The notes under the pieces are model-generated. The model saw nothing but the letters and a program-made list of their open reading frames with translations. It was not told where the DNA came from and ran no database searches. The position numbers and the translations under genes were made by a program. From an uncultured virus (IMG/VR IMGVR_UViG_3300034012_002207) (taxonomy: Duplodnaviria; Heunggongvirae; Uroviricota; Caudoviricetes), in the IMG/VR virus record IMGVR_UViG_3300034012_002207: DNA of 35,617 nt; one strand, 5' to 3'. This document shows, in pieces, positions 1 to 8,881 of the stretch; position 1 is the stretch's first letter, and each line of letters starts with the position of its first letter.

Positions 1-1
1 T

Positions 2-1132
2 ATTATTAGTGTTCCACAAGGCCGTAAAGATTTAATTCCTCAAGGCTGGGAAGTAGTAGATAAACGAGTACTTGTTCCTGCTCCGTTTCCAGACCCTAAG
101 TTTGAGCTACGCCCAGAACAACAGGCCGTATGTGACGAGATTACAGATACCTGCTTTATTAATGCACTAGTAGGCTGGGGTAAAACATTTACCGCACTAC
201 ATCTTGCTAGAAAGCTGGGTCAAAAAACACTAGTAATTACTCACACTACAGCGCTTAGAGATCAATGGTGTGAAGAAGTAGAAAACCTATTTGGTATTAG
301 AGCTGGAATTATAGGTAGTGGTAAGTTAGATTGGGAAGATCATGCTATTACTGTGGCTAATGTGCAAACGCTTGTAAAGCACTGTAATACACTAAGCAAA
401 GAATTTGGAACAATTATTCTAGATGAAGCACACCACTGTCCAGCAACAACATTTACACAAATTATTGACACTTTTCACAGTAGATTTCGCATTGCTCTGT
501 CGGGAACAATGCAACGTAAAGATGGAAAACACGTCTTATTTCAAGATTATTTTGGAAATCATGTTATCAAGCCCCCACAAAGTAACACACTGGCCCCAAC
601 GGTCAGGACAGTTAACACTGGAATCACACTTAAACATGGCGCTACATGGGTTGAAAAAGTAAATACACTAGCAAACGATACCAGTTATCAAGAGTTTATT
701 GCTGGCATTGCTAAACAAGAAATAGAAACAGGGCATCAAGTACTTATAATTGCAGATAGGGTGGAGTTTTTACGAAATGTCAAAGAATACATCGGAGAAA
801 ATTGTGTGTTGGTTACTGGCGAAACCGGGTTTGATGAGCGTCAGACGATTAAACAACAGCTCCTTAACCGTGAAAAAATGTCGATTGCTGGTAGCAGACA
901 AATCTTCTCAGAAGGAATCTCAATCAACTCACTCTCCTGTGTTATCCTAGCAATACCAATGAACAACGATAGCTTGTTAGAGCAAGTTATTGGTAGAATA
1001 CAACGACAACATCCTGGTAAATTAGATCCACTAGTAGTAGATCTACAGTTTGCTGGTTGGGCTGATAAAAAGCAAAACAGAAACCGCCTAGGCTTGTACC
1101 TTAGAAAGGGCTGGCACATTGAAACGGTTTAA
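2..1132 (+). CDS. D10: SF2 DNA helicase, T5 D10-like (5' end outside window)
   Basis: The frame is open from base 2, upstream of the tracked 353 start. It contains Walker A ALVGWGKT, DEAHH, SGT (motif III) and QVIGRIQR (motif VI), and the synteny matches T5. Confidence 0.9.
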   Translation: MISVPQGRKDLIPQGWEVVDKRVLVPAPFPDPKFELRPEQQAVCDEITDTCFINALVGWGKTFTALHLARKLGQKTLVITHTTALRDQWCEEVENLFGIRAGIIGSGKLDWEDHAITVANVQTLVKHCNTLSKEFGTIILDEAHHCPATTFTQIIDTFHSRFRIALSGTMQRKDGKHVLFQDYFGNHVIKPPQSNTLAPTVRTVNTGITLKHGATWVEKVNTLANDTSYQEFIAGIAKQEIETGHQVLIIADRVEFLRNVKEYIGENCVLVTGETGFDERQTIKQQLLNREKMSIAGSRQIFSEGISINSLSCVILAIPMNNDSLLEQVIGRIQRQHPGKLDPLVVDLQFAGWADKKQNRNRLGLYLRKGWHIETV

Positions 1133-1143
1133 AAAATTTTGAC

Positions 1144-1172
1144 TTGCAAAATGTTCTACAAAGTGATATAAT
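1144..1172 (+). promoter_or_regulatory. sigma70-type promoter
   Basis: TTGCAA (1144-1149), 17-bp spacer, then TATAAT (1167-1172) with extended -10 TG at 1164-1165 and an A/T tract upstream. Confidence 0.8.
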
Positions 1173-1190
1173 ATTATTTTACTTCAAAGA

Positions 1191-1592
1191 ATGATCTTCT
1201 TTTTTAACCTAAACAAATTAGAGTTTGCTACAAACAACGACCCTGAATATTTAGTTGCAGCTCTACATAAGTGTTTTCTTGGTATTCGGATACCTAAAAA
1301 TGCACGAGAAAAGTACAAACCTATTTTGGGGCTAGAAGCAGGCAGTAGTTATTTGTTAAATCCAAAAGCACTATTTGAAGATAAAATAACAGATGCAATA
1401 TTTAAGGCACAGTATATTAGGCTAGCTGGACGCAGAGATTATCTTTCCTATAAAACCATAAAACAAAAACATCTTGACTTAACCTTATACCCAGACTTAA
1501 ATATAGCTACAATTAAACACAATCCGCTATTAATAATTAAACACGCACATATAAAATTTATATACGAGGAAACAAATGGCACTCTCATTTAA
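1191..1592 (+). CDS. hypothetical protein (T5-like position between D10 and D11)
   Basis: 133-aa ORF directly downstream of the promoter, overlapping the next gene. Confidence 0.75.
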   Translation: MIFFFNLNKLEFATNNDPEYLVAALHKCFLGIRIPKNAREKYKPILGLEAGSSYLLNPKALFEDKITDAIFKAQYIRLAGRRDYLSYKTIKQKHLDLTLYPDLNIATIKHNPLLIIKHAHIKFIYEETNGTLI

Positions 1593-2220
1593 ACAAACCA
1601 AAGGCAAAGCACAAACATCTAAAGTTGAATCTTACGAGTACAAAGACGGAGAAAACTCTGTTAGGCTTATTGGTGGGGTTCTTCCACGCTATGTATACTG
1701 GGTAAAAGGTACTAATAACAAAGATATTCCTATTGAATGTCTAGCTTTTAGTCGTGAAAAAGAAAAATTTGATAATCTAGAAAAAGATTGGGTACAAGAT
1801 TCGTATCCTGACTTGAAGTGCTCCTGGAGCTATGCAGTTAACTGTATTGATCCTAAGGATGGAAAAGTTAAAGTACTAAATCTTAAAAAGAAACTGTTTG
1901 AGCAAATCCTAACTGCTGCAGAAGATCTGGGCGACCCTACTGACTACGATACTGGTTGGGATGTAGTGTTTAAGCGTAATAAAACTGGCCCACTAGCTTT
2001 TAATGTTGAATACACCCTGCAAGTTCTTCGTTGTAAACAGCGCAGCCTTGGTGATAACGAGCGTAAGCTAGCTGATACCGCAGTATCTATTGATGAAAAG
2101 TATCCTCGCCCCACCAGCGACGAGGTAAAAGCCTTAATCGAGAAACTGCAAAAAGGTCAAGAAGAGGAACAAGAGAATCAAACAGATAGCGAACGTGAAG
2201 CTGTTAAAGATTTAGCTTAA
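1576..2220 (+). CDS. D11: T5 D11-like putative ssDNA-binding protein
   Basis: RYVYW..ECLAF..LNLKKKLFEQI..LGDPTD.D.GWD..F.R.KTGP..NVEY pattern with an acidic C-terminus. GAGG RBS and T5 synteny. Confidence 0.8.
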   Translation: MALSFKQTKGKAQTSKVESYEYKDGENSVRLIGGVLPRYVYWVKGTNNKDIPIECLAFSREKEKFDNLEKDWVQDSYPDLKCSWSYAVNCIDPKDGKVKVLNLKKKLFEQILTAAEDLGDPTDYDTGWDVVFKRNKTGPLAFNVEYTLQVLRCKQRSLGDNERKLADTAVSIDEKYPRPTSDEVKALIEKLQKGQEEEQENQTDSEREAVKDLA

Positions 2221-2226
2221 TAATCC

Positions 2227-2260
2227 AGCCTGCTAAGCCAAAAGTTTAGCAGGCTATTTT
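2227..2260 (+). terminator. intrinsic terminator-like hairpin
   Basis: AGCCTGCTAA...TTAGCAGGCT stem followed by ATTTT, just after the D11 stop. Confidence 0.7.
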
Positions 2261-2270
2261 ATCTTATATT

Positions 2271-3239
2271 ATGAAATTACTTTTTACAGCCGACATTCAC
2301 ATTAAACTAGGTCAAAAGAATGTGCCCACAGAATGGGCTAAAAATAGATTTCAGCTATTTGTAGATCAATTTCATGAGATGCAAGATAAAGCTGATATGA
2401 TTATTATAGGCGGTGATATATTTGACAGACTGCCTAATATGGATGAAGTCGAGCTATATTTTGACCTAGTAGCTAGCCTTCAAAAACCCAGTGTTATTTA
2501 TAGTGGTAATCATGAAATGGTTAAAAAGGATACTACCTTTTTAACATATCTAAAACGTGCAACTTGGCGATTAAATAAACTAGTAACTGTATGTGATGAC
2601 TATAGGAGTGATTTACTTGGTGGAGACATTGATATTATTCCTTATAATAAATTACGGGATTTTCAAGATAATTACAGTAATTTAGACTTTCAAGGTAGAG
2701 TACTAGTAACTCATGTTCGTGGAGATATTCCTCCACACGTTAAGGCAGAAATTAATCTAGAACTACTAAATCGCTGGCAAGTAGTACTAGCAGGAGATCT
2801 ACACAGTTATGAAAACTCTCAGCGTAATATTCTCTATCCCGGTAGTCCTTATACTACTAGCTTTCATCGTAACAGAGTTGAAACTGGATGCATCTTACTT
2901 GACTTGGACAATTTGGAACATGAGTGGCTAAAGTTTGATCTACCACAGCTTATTAAGCGAACAGTAGGCGTAAGCGACCCTAAACCGCAGACATACCCCG
3001 ATCATACAATCTATGAGATTGAGGGTAACTTGCACGAATTAAGTCAACTAGAAGATAGTGACCTAATCGATAAAAAAGTAGTAAAACGAGCACAAGATAC
3101 TCAGCTTATTCTAGACCCTAATATGACTATGGCTGAGGAAGTTCGTGAATATCTTACCTATATTCTAGAACTAGATCAGACTACAATTAATAGCGTATTA
3201 GAGGAATTTTATAATGCCAGAGACAAACTTACAGATTAA
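2271..3239 (+). CDS. D12: SbcD/Mre11-like recombination nuclease (T5 D12-like)
   Basis: Metallophosphoesterase motifs ADIH, GGDIFD, GNHE and GDLH, plus YPGSP. Confidence 0.92.
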   Translation: MKLLFTADIHIKLGQKNVPTEWAKNRFQLFVDQFHEMQDKADMIIIGGDIFDRLPNMDEVELYFDLVASLQKPSVIYSGNHEMVKKDTTFLTYLKRATWRLNKLVTVCDDYRSDLLGGDIDIIPYNKLRDFQDNYSNLDFQGRVLVTHVRGDIPPHVKAEINLELLNRWQVVLAGDLHSYENSQRNILYPGSPYTTSFHRNRVETGCILLDLDNLEHEWLKFDLPQLIKRTVGVSDPKPQTYPDHTIYEIEGNLHELSQLEDSDLIDKKVVKRAQDTQLILDPNMTMAEEVREYLTYILELDQTTINSVLEEFYNARDKLTD

Positions 3240-3486
3240 ACAAGTTGTTGTATGGTCGCAGCCAAACTGCCCTGGGTGTGATACGGTTAAAAAATTATTA
3301 GATCAACTTGGTGTTCTATACCAAGTTAACGTAATAGATACGCCAGAAACTAAACAACTATTTTTTAGTACACTACCGGGTGCACGCAGTGTTCCACAAA
3401 TTGTAGTAGATGGTAAATGGATTGGTGGACTACAGGAATTTAGAAGATTTTTAAATGATAACAATAAAGCACTTAAAATGGTCTAA
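3214..3486 (+). CDS. glutaredoxin
   Basis: CPGC active site, SVPQI cis-Pro motif and IGG motif. Confidence 0.88.
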   Translation: MPETNLQIKQVVVWSQPNCPGCDTVKKLLDQLGVLYQVNVIDTPETKQLFFSTLPGARSVPQIVVDGKWIGGLQEFRRFLNDNNKALKMV

Positions 3487-5251
3487 CTGTTTTAGTTACG
3501 GCAAAGATAATCAAATAAACTTTACTAGTGCTCCACTAATGCAATTAATTGGTAAAAACGGACACGGTAAAAGTTCTATAGCTCTTATACTTGAAGAAGT
3601 TCTATATAATAAGAATAGCAAAGGTATTAAAAAAGCAGATATTTTAAACCGATATGTAAAAGATAACTGGTATAACGTAGAACTTGCACTAACAAAAGAT
3701 AACGATGAGTATAGGATAGAAACAAAACGATCTGGTTCTCAGATTGTTAAGTTGTATAAGAATGGCAAAGATATAAGTGGGCATACTGCTACTACAACCT
3801 ATAAAATTATTGAAGACATTATAGGTATTGATCACAAAACTTTTACGCAAGTAGTTTACCAAAGTGGTGCAAATAGTCTAGAGTTTCTAACTAGTGCGGA
3901 TACGGCTCGTAAAAAGTTTTTAATTGAACTCCTAAACTTAACTAGGTACACAGAAACTGGTGATCAATTTAAACGCCTACACCAAGATCTAGGAGTACTA
4001 GTAGCCAGTGCAGAATCTAAGTTGCGAACAATTCAAGACTGGATTGATAAGTATAACAAACAAAATTTAGAACAAAAACCACTTCTACCAGTTCCTTCCC
4101 AGCCAGAAGATGATATAAGCCAATATGCTAGTATTCGAGAAACTATTAGTACTATAAGTGCTAAAAATAAAAAGATTTCTCAGAACAATACATATAAAAC
4201 AGTTCAAGGTAAATTAAAACTGTTACCTGTACCAGAAAAACCTACAGAAACTATTAGCGAATATATAACTAAACGTGCTGAACATGATAAAACTGCACAA
4301 GATGCTCAACAGTTTATTCGTAAACTAACTAATCTATCAGATTCTTGTCCTACTTGTTTACAAGCAATTAACAGAGAAAAAACTCAACAATTGCTTAATG
4401 AATATGAACAAATCGTTACAACTAGTAAAGAGTTTAGCCAACAAGTAAACACAAAAATTCAAGATATTGAAAACAGATTAAAACTGTGGAAAGAAGCTAT
4501 AGAAGCTCAGGCAGAATGGGAAAAATACTATCAACTAATTGATAATGATTTACCCAATGAACTCTTAGATGAAAAAATTCTACAAAAACAGCTAGATGAG
4601 TTGCAAAAATCCATACAACAAGCTAAAACTGCAATTCAAACTATTGAGCTAGAAAATCAAGCACGACAACAGCATAACAGTAAAGCAGAACTTTTAAAGT
4701 CTCAGCTTGCTGATATGCAAGAAGATTTAACTACTTGGCAAGCTAATCTTGCAGGTTTACAAAGCCGCCTAAATATACTAGCGATTCTAGTAAAAACATT
4801 TAGTACAACTGGTTTAGTAGCTTATAAAATAGAAAACTTAGTAAAAGATCTAGAGGTACTAACCAATCAATATTTAGCTGAATTAAGTAGTGGAAGATTT
4901 CAACTTGCGTTTGAGATTAGTGGTAATGACAAACTTAATGTTATTATTGTAGACAATGGTAATAACATTGATATACAAGCATTAAGCGGCGGAGAGCGTG
5001 CCAGAGTTAATGTAGCTACACTGCTTGCTATTCGTAAGCTAATGCAGAGTTTATCTCAAAATCGAGTAAACTTACTAATCTTAGATGAAACTGTAGAAGC
5101 TCTAGACCTAGACGGAAAAGAAAAACTTGTAGAAATCTTACTACGTGAAGAAAACTTAAATACACTACTAGTATCACACGGATTTACCCATCCCCTGTTA
5201 GAAAAGATTACAGTTGTTAAGAAACAAAATATCTCTAAGATAGAGGACTAA
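3455..5251 (+). CDS. D13: SbcC/Rad50-like ATPase (T5 D13-like)
   Basis: Walker A GKNGHGKSS, CPTC zinc hook in a coiled coil, LSGGE signature, LLILDE Walker B and VSH H-loop. Confidence 0.93.
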   Translation: MITIKHLKWSNCFSYGKDNQINFTSAPLMQLIGKNGHGKSSIALILEEVLYNKNSKGIKKADILNRYVKDNWYNVELALTKDNDEYRIETKRSGSQIVKLYKNGKDISGHTATTTYKIIEDIIGIDHKTFTQVVYQSGANSLEFLTSADTARKKFLIELLNLTRYTETGDQFKRLHQDLGVLVASAESKLRTIQDWIDKYNKQNLEQKPLLPVPSQPEDDISQYASIRETISTISAKNKKISQNNTYKTVQGKLKLLPVPEKPTETISEYITKRAEHDKTAQDAQQFIRKLTNLSDSCPTCLQAINREKTQQLLNEYEQIVTTSKEFSQQVNTKIQDIENRLKLWKEAIEAQAEWEKYYQLIDNDLPNELLDEKILQKQLDELQKSIQQAKTAIQTIELENQARQQHNSKAELLKSQLADMQEDLTTWQANLAGLQSRLNILAILVKTFSTTGLVAYKIENLVKDLEVLTNQYLAELSSGRFQLAFEISGNDKLNVIIVDNGNNIDIQALSGGERARVNVATLLAIRKLMQSLSQNRVNLLILDETVEALDLDGKEKLVEILLREENLNTLLVSHGFTHPLLEKITVVKKQNISKIED

Positions 5252-5899
5252 ATGTTAGAAACTATATGTGACATATTTCAAGAAGGGTACAGACGCGGCT
5301 GGGTAACTACTCGTGATGGTAATGCTAGTATTAGGTATCGTGAGCAAAAATACTTTTATGTAACTCCTAGTGGTGTTCGTAAGCAAACACTTCAACCAGA
5401 TCAGTTTAAAAAGCTAAATATTGTTAGTGGAATACATAGCGGAATAGTAGGGCCAGATATGTATTGGAAAGACTGGAAAGAGGCGGAACATACTCCTATA
5501 AGTAAAAACTTAAAACCTAGCGGCGAAATTCCTATGCACTTTGCTCTACAAAAGGAAATTAACACAGATACCAGAGTTGTTCTGCACTTACATCCTACAT
5601 ATACAACTGCAGCTATGTATAAGGGAATTGACTTAACAACTTTATCTAATGAGTTCCCTGAATTAAGTAGGTATACTAAAGTTGGAAAAACTGTTCCAGC
5701 ATTTTTACCACTAACTCAAGAATTAGCTGATGCGTGTGTTCGAAATCTTGAACTTGAACTAGACGGCTCATTAGGGTATAATATAGTAGGAATGGACAGG
5801 CACGGCGTTGTAGCTGTAGATACCAGTCCTTGGCGTGCTTTTGAACATATTGAAAGGTTAGAGCATATATGTAAAATTATTTTACATGGAGCTACATAG
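5252..5899 (+). CDS. class II aldolase/adducin family protein
   Basis: DGNAS, VTPSG, KPSGE..MH, HLHP and RHGV motifs (three Zn-ligand His residues and a phosphate pocket). Confidence 0.88.
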   Translation: MLETICDIFQEGYRRGWVTTRDGNASIRYREQKYFYVTPSGVRKQTLQPDQFKKLNIVSGIHSGIVGPDMYWKDWKEAEHTPISKNLKPSGEIPMHFALQKEINTDTRVVLHLHPTYTTAAMYKGIDLTTLSNEFPELSRYTKVGKTVPAFLPLTQELADACVRNLELELDGSLGYNIVGMDRHGVVAVDTSPWRAFEHIERLEHICKIILHGAT

Positions 5900-6081
5900 T
5901 GAAGCCCAAACGCTCAAAGATTGTAAAAGGCAAGCATACCACATTTGTTTATCACGCTGGTGGTAAACTAGACATGATAACTGATTGGAATGCCCTAGCC
6001 CTAGAAATAAATCAAGCCATAGATAACTGGAAAAATCCTAAGCCCGTGGGTGTAGTTCCAAAAATTCGTCGTGGTAGATAG
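5899..6081 (+). CDS. small basic hypothetical protein
   Basis: 60-aa GTG-start ORF that exactly fills the gap and overlaps both neighbours. Confidence 0.55.
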   Translation: MKPKRSKIVKGKHTTFVYHAGGKLDMITDWNALALEINQAIDNWKNPKPVGVVPKIRRGR

Positions 6082-6526
6082 CCGACAAAAGGGCGCTAGA
6101 ACAGAAACCAAAGTAAAAGAATTTTTACGAGAACATACCCAGTTAAAGTGGGAACGAGTTCCAGGTTCTGGTGCCCTAAATGAAAAACATGGCCTAAAAG
6201 GTGACTTATATATTCCGGGCGAAAAGAATATATACTGCGTAGAAGTAAAAGGCTATGCAGACGATCATCTTACTAGCCATATATTAACTAGTAAAAGTCC
6301 TACGCTTCTAGACTGGTGGCAGCAAACACTACGAGAAAGTGGTCAAGTCGGTAAACAACCACTACTATTCTTTAAGTTTGATCGTAGTAAAATATTTGTA
6401 GCCTTTCAAGATATACCTAATGACCTATATCCTTATGTGTATATAAACAGAGACGAGTATAAGTTTTTTGTTGCACTAGCAGAAGATTGGATAACAAATG
6501 AAAATATTGAGTTTATCAAAACCTAG
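6071..6526 (+). CDS. D14: T5 D14-like PD-(D/E)xK nuclease / Holliday junction resolvase
   Basis: SRQKGARTE, RVPGSGA, GDL..EVK and WWQQ motifs; T5 synteny. Confidence 0.85.
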   Translation: MVDSRQKGARTETKVKEFLREHTQLKWERVPGSGALNEKHGLKGDLYIPGEKNIYCVEVKGYADDHLTSHILTSKSPTLLDWWQQTLRESGQVGKQPLLFFKFDRSKIFVAFQDIPNDLYPYVYINRDEYKFFVALAEDWITNENIEFIKT

Positions 6527-6534
6527 GATTGTCT

Positions 6535-7545
6535 ATGATTAATAAATTAGTTGGAATTATTCTTGCTACAGCCTCTATTTCAGTTGCAGCTCAAACAATT
6601 ACAGCAGCAGGAGCTACTTTTCCTTATCCAATATACGCTAAATGGGCTGAAGCCTATCAAAAAGAGACTAAAATTGGATTAAATTATCAAAGTATTGGCA
6701 GTTCTGGCGGTATTCGTCAAATTAATAATAAAACAGTAACATTTGGAGCTACAGATGCTCCGGTTAAGGGTGAAGACCTAGATAAACTGGGACAAGTTCA
6801 ATTTCCTGCAATTATAGGTGGAACAGTTCCTATTATTAATCTTGACGGATTCCAACCCGGTGAGCTTGTTATTACCGGACCCGTACTGGCTGAAGTTTTC
6901 ATGGGTACGATTACAAAGTGGAATGACCCTAAACTTCAGCAACTTAATCCAGCCAAAAAATTACCAGATATGGCTATTACCGTAGTACACAGAGCTGATG
7001 GATCGGGAACTACTTTTAATTTTACTGATTACTTGAGCACAGTAAGCCCAGACTGGATGAGTCGTGTAGGACGTGGCGCAGCAGTAAAATGGCCTGCTAG
7101 TAGCAGTGTAGGTGGCAAAGGTAATGAAGGCGTGGCTGCTAATGTGCGTAGGGTACGTGGTTCTGTGGGATATGTAGAGTATGCCTATGTTAAGAAAAAT
7201 AACATGACCTACATGAAACTACAAAACAAGGACGGTATATTTGTTAATCCTGATGATACTACTTTTGCTGCCGCTGCGGCTGGTGCAGATTGGTTTAGTG
7301 TACCCGGTATGGGTCTAAGTATTGTTGATCAACCGGGTAAGAATACTTGGCCAATTAGTACTGCTAGTTTTATTATCATGTACAAAGATCCACAAGATAA
7401 AAAATCCAGCCAAGAAGCTATTAAGTTTTTTGATTGGGCATTTAAACACGGTGCTAAAATGAGTGAAGAACTTGATTATGTACACCTTCCAGAGACACTA
7501 CAAGCTCAAATTAGAACCCGTGTTTGGAGTCAGATTAAGCACTAA
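6535..7545 (+). CDS. pstS: phosphate ABC transporter periplasmic binding protein PstS
   Basis: Signal peptide, then AGATFP, YQSIGSSGG, FGATD, RADGSGTT, GKGNEGV and GYVEYAY. ATG at 6535 preferred over TTG at 6529. Confidence 0.96.
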   Translation: MINKLVGIILATASISVAAQTITAAGATFPYPIYAKWAEAYQKETKIGLNYQSIGSSGGIRQINNKTVTFGATDAPVKGEDLDKLGQVQFPAIIGGTVPIINLDGFQPGELVITGPVLAEVFMGTITKWNDPKLQQLNPAKKLPDMAITVVHRADGSGTTFNFTDYLSTVSPDWMSRVGRGAAVKWPASSSVGGKGNEGVAANVRRVRGSVGYVEYAYVKKNNMTYMKLQNKDGIFVNPDDTTFAAAAAGADWFSVPGMGLSIVDQPGKNTWPISTASFIIMYKDPQDKKSSQEAIKFFDWAFKHGAKMSEELDYVHLPETLQAQIRTRVWSQIKH

Positions 7546-7547
7546 AT

Positions 7548-8390
7548 ATGAGTAAATCATTTCAACAAGTAAGTGAATTAGAAAATACCTTAATGGTAGT
7601 GGATGCACTAAACTTAGCATTTCGCTGGAAACACAATGGCGCAACAGACTTTTATGAAGATTACTTGCGTACAATAGATAGTCTTAAAAAGAGTTACAAA
7701 GCTCGCTGGGTTATTGTGGCTGCGGATCAAGGTTCAAGCAGCTATCGTAAACAGATTTATCCTGAATATAAGCAAAACCGAAAAGATAAATTTGCTGAGC
7801 AAACTGAAGCAGAACGTGCAGCTTTTGAGCGATTTTTTGAAGACTACCAGCACACACTAGACTGGATTCGTACTCAGACTACATACCCGGTTGTTCAGTT
7901 TCCACAAACTGAGGCTGATGATATAGCCGCTTACATAACTCAACAGGTCAAAAACTATCCAGTTACCCATACTTGGCTAATCAGTAGCGATAAAGATTGG
8001 GATCTACTAGTGGGTGAAGATACTAGTAGATTTAGTTATGTAACACGCAAAGAAGTTACAGCTAATAATTGGCACACTCACTACGACTTTACACAAGATC
8101 AATACATTAGTATTAAATGCCTAATGGGTGATACTGGAGATAATGTTCGCGGAGTAGAAGGCATCGGCCCTAAACGTGCTCATCAACTTGTGGAAGAATG
8201 GGGCACTGCTCTTGACATAGTTGCAAATCTACCTATCTCCAGCAAACTAAAATACGTTAAAACACTTAATGATAGTGCAGATACTATCATGCTAAACTAT
8301 CAACTTATGGACTTAGTTACATACTGTGCAGATGCACTAGGTTCTAATACCCGACAAATAGACACCATCCTACAAGAGTATATTAAATGA
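7548..8390 (+). CDS. D15: 5'-3' exonuclease / flap endonuclease (T5 D15-like)
   Basis: VDALNLAFR, PEYKQNR, EADD, SSDKDWD and the H3TH motif GDTGDNVRGVEGIGPKRA. Confidence 0.95.
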   Translation: MSKSFQQVSELENTLMVVDALNLAFRWKHNGATDFYEDYLRTIDSLKKSYKARWVIVAADQGSSSYRKQIYPEYKQNRKDKFAEQTEAERAAFERFFEDYQHTLDWIRTQTTYPVVQFPQTEADDIAAYITQQVKNYPVTHTWLISSDKDWDLLVGEDTSRFSYVTRKEVTANNWHTHYDFTQDQYISIKCLMGDTGDNVRGVEGIGPKRAHQLVEEWGTALDIVANLPISSKLKYVKTLNDSADTIMLNYQLMDLVTYCADALGSNTRQIDTILQEYIK

Positions 8391-8872
8391 TGATAACAAA
8401 TGGCGCAACACTAACAGGAACAACTAATATAGCAGGATTTTATGCTAGTACACTTAATATTCAATGTTTACGACTAACGGCAGATGCAGAGCTACCTAAA
8501 CGTCAGCACCCCACAGATGCAGGAGCCGATCTGTGTAGTGCGGAAACTATTGATCTTTATCCTGAAGAAACCAAAGCTGTTGGTACAGGTATAGCAGTCA
8601 AAATTCCAGTAGGCTTTGTCGGGTTAATCTTTAACAGATCCAGTCAAGGAAAAAGGGGAATCATACTGCCTAATAGCGTAGGCGTTATAGACAGTGATTA
8701 CCGTGGCGAACTAAAAGTTCTGTTAAAAAATATTTCAGGCGACCTATATAAAATTTCACAAGGCGACAGAATTGCCCAGCTAGTAATAGTACCAATTCAA
8801 TTAGCCACATTTACAGACTGCTGGAATGATACCCAACGAGGTACAGGTGGCTTTGGCAGCACAGGAACATAG
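8387..8872 (+). CDS. dut: trimeric dUTPase
   Basis: AGADL, RSS, GVIDSDYRG, DRIAQL and RGTGGFGSTG motifs. Confidence 0.97.
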   Translation: MMITNGATLTGTTNIAGFYASTLNIQCLRLTADAELPKRQHPTDAGADLCSAETIDLYPEETKAVGTGIAVKIPVGFVGLIFNRSSQGKRGIILPNSVGVIDSDYRGELKVLLKNISGDLYKISQGDRIAQLVIVPIQLATFTDCWNDTQRGTGGFGSTGT

Positions 8873-8881
8873 AGGAGTAAC

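Noticed and set aside
353..1132. Helicase start at 353
   Set aside because: Walker A lies upstream in the same open frame, so the gene begins before the window.
6480..6535. Pho box upstream of pstS (also checked upstream of phoH)
   Set aside because: No tandem CTGTCAT-like repeats with 11-bp period were seen.
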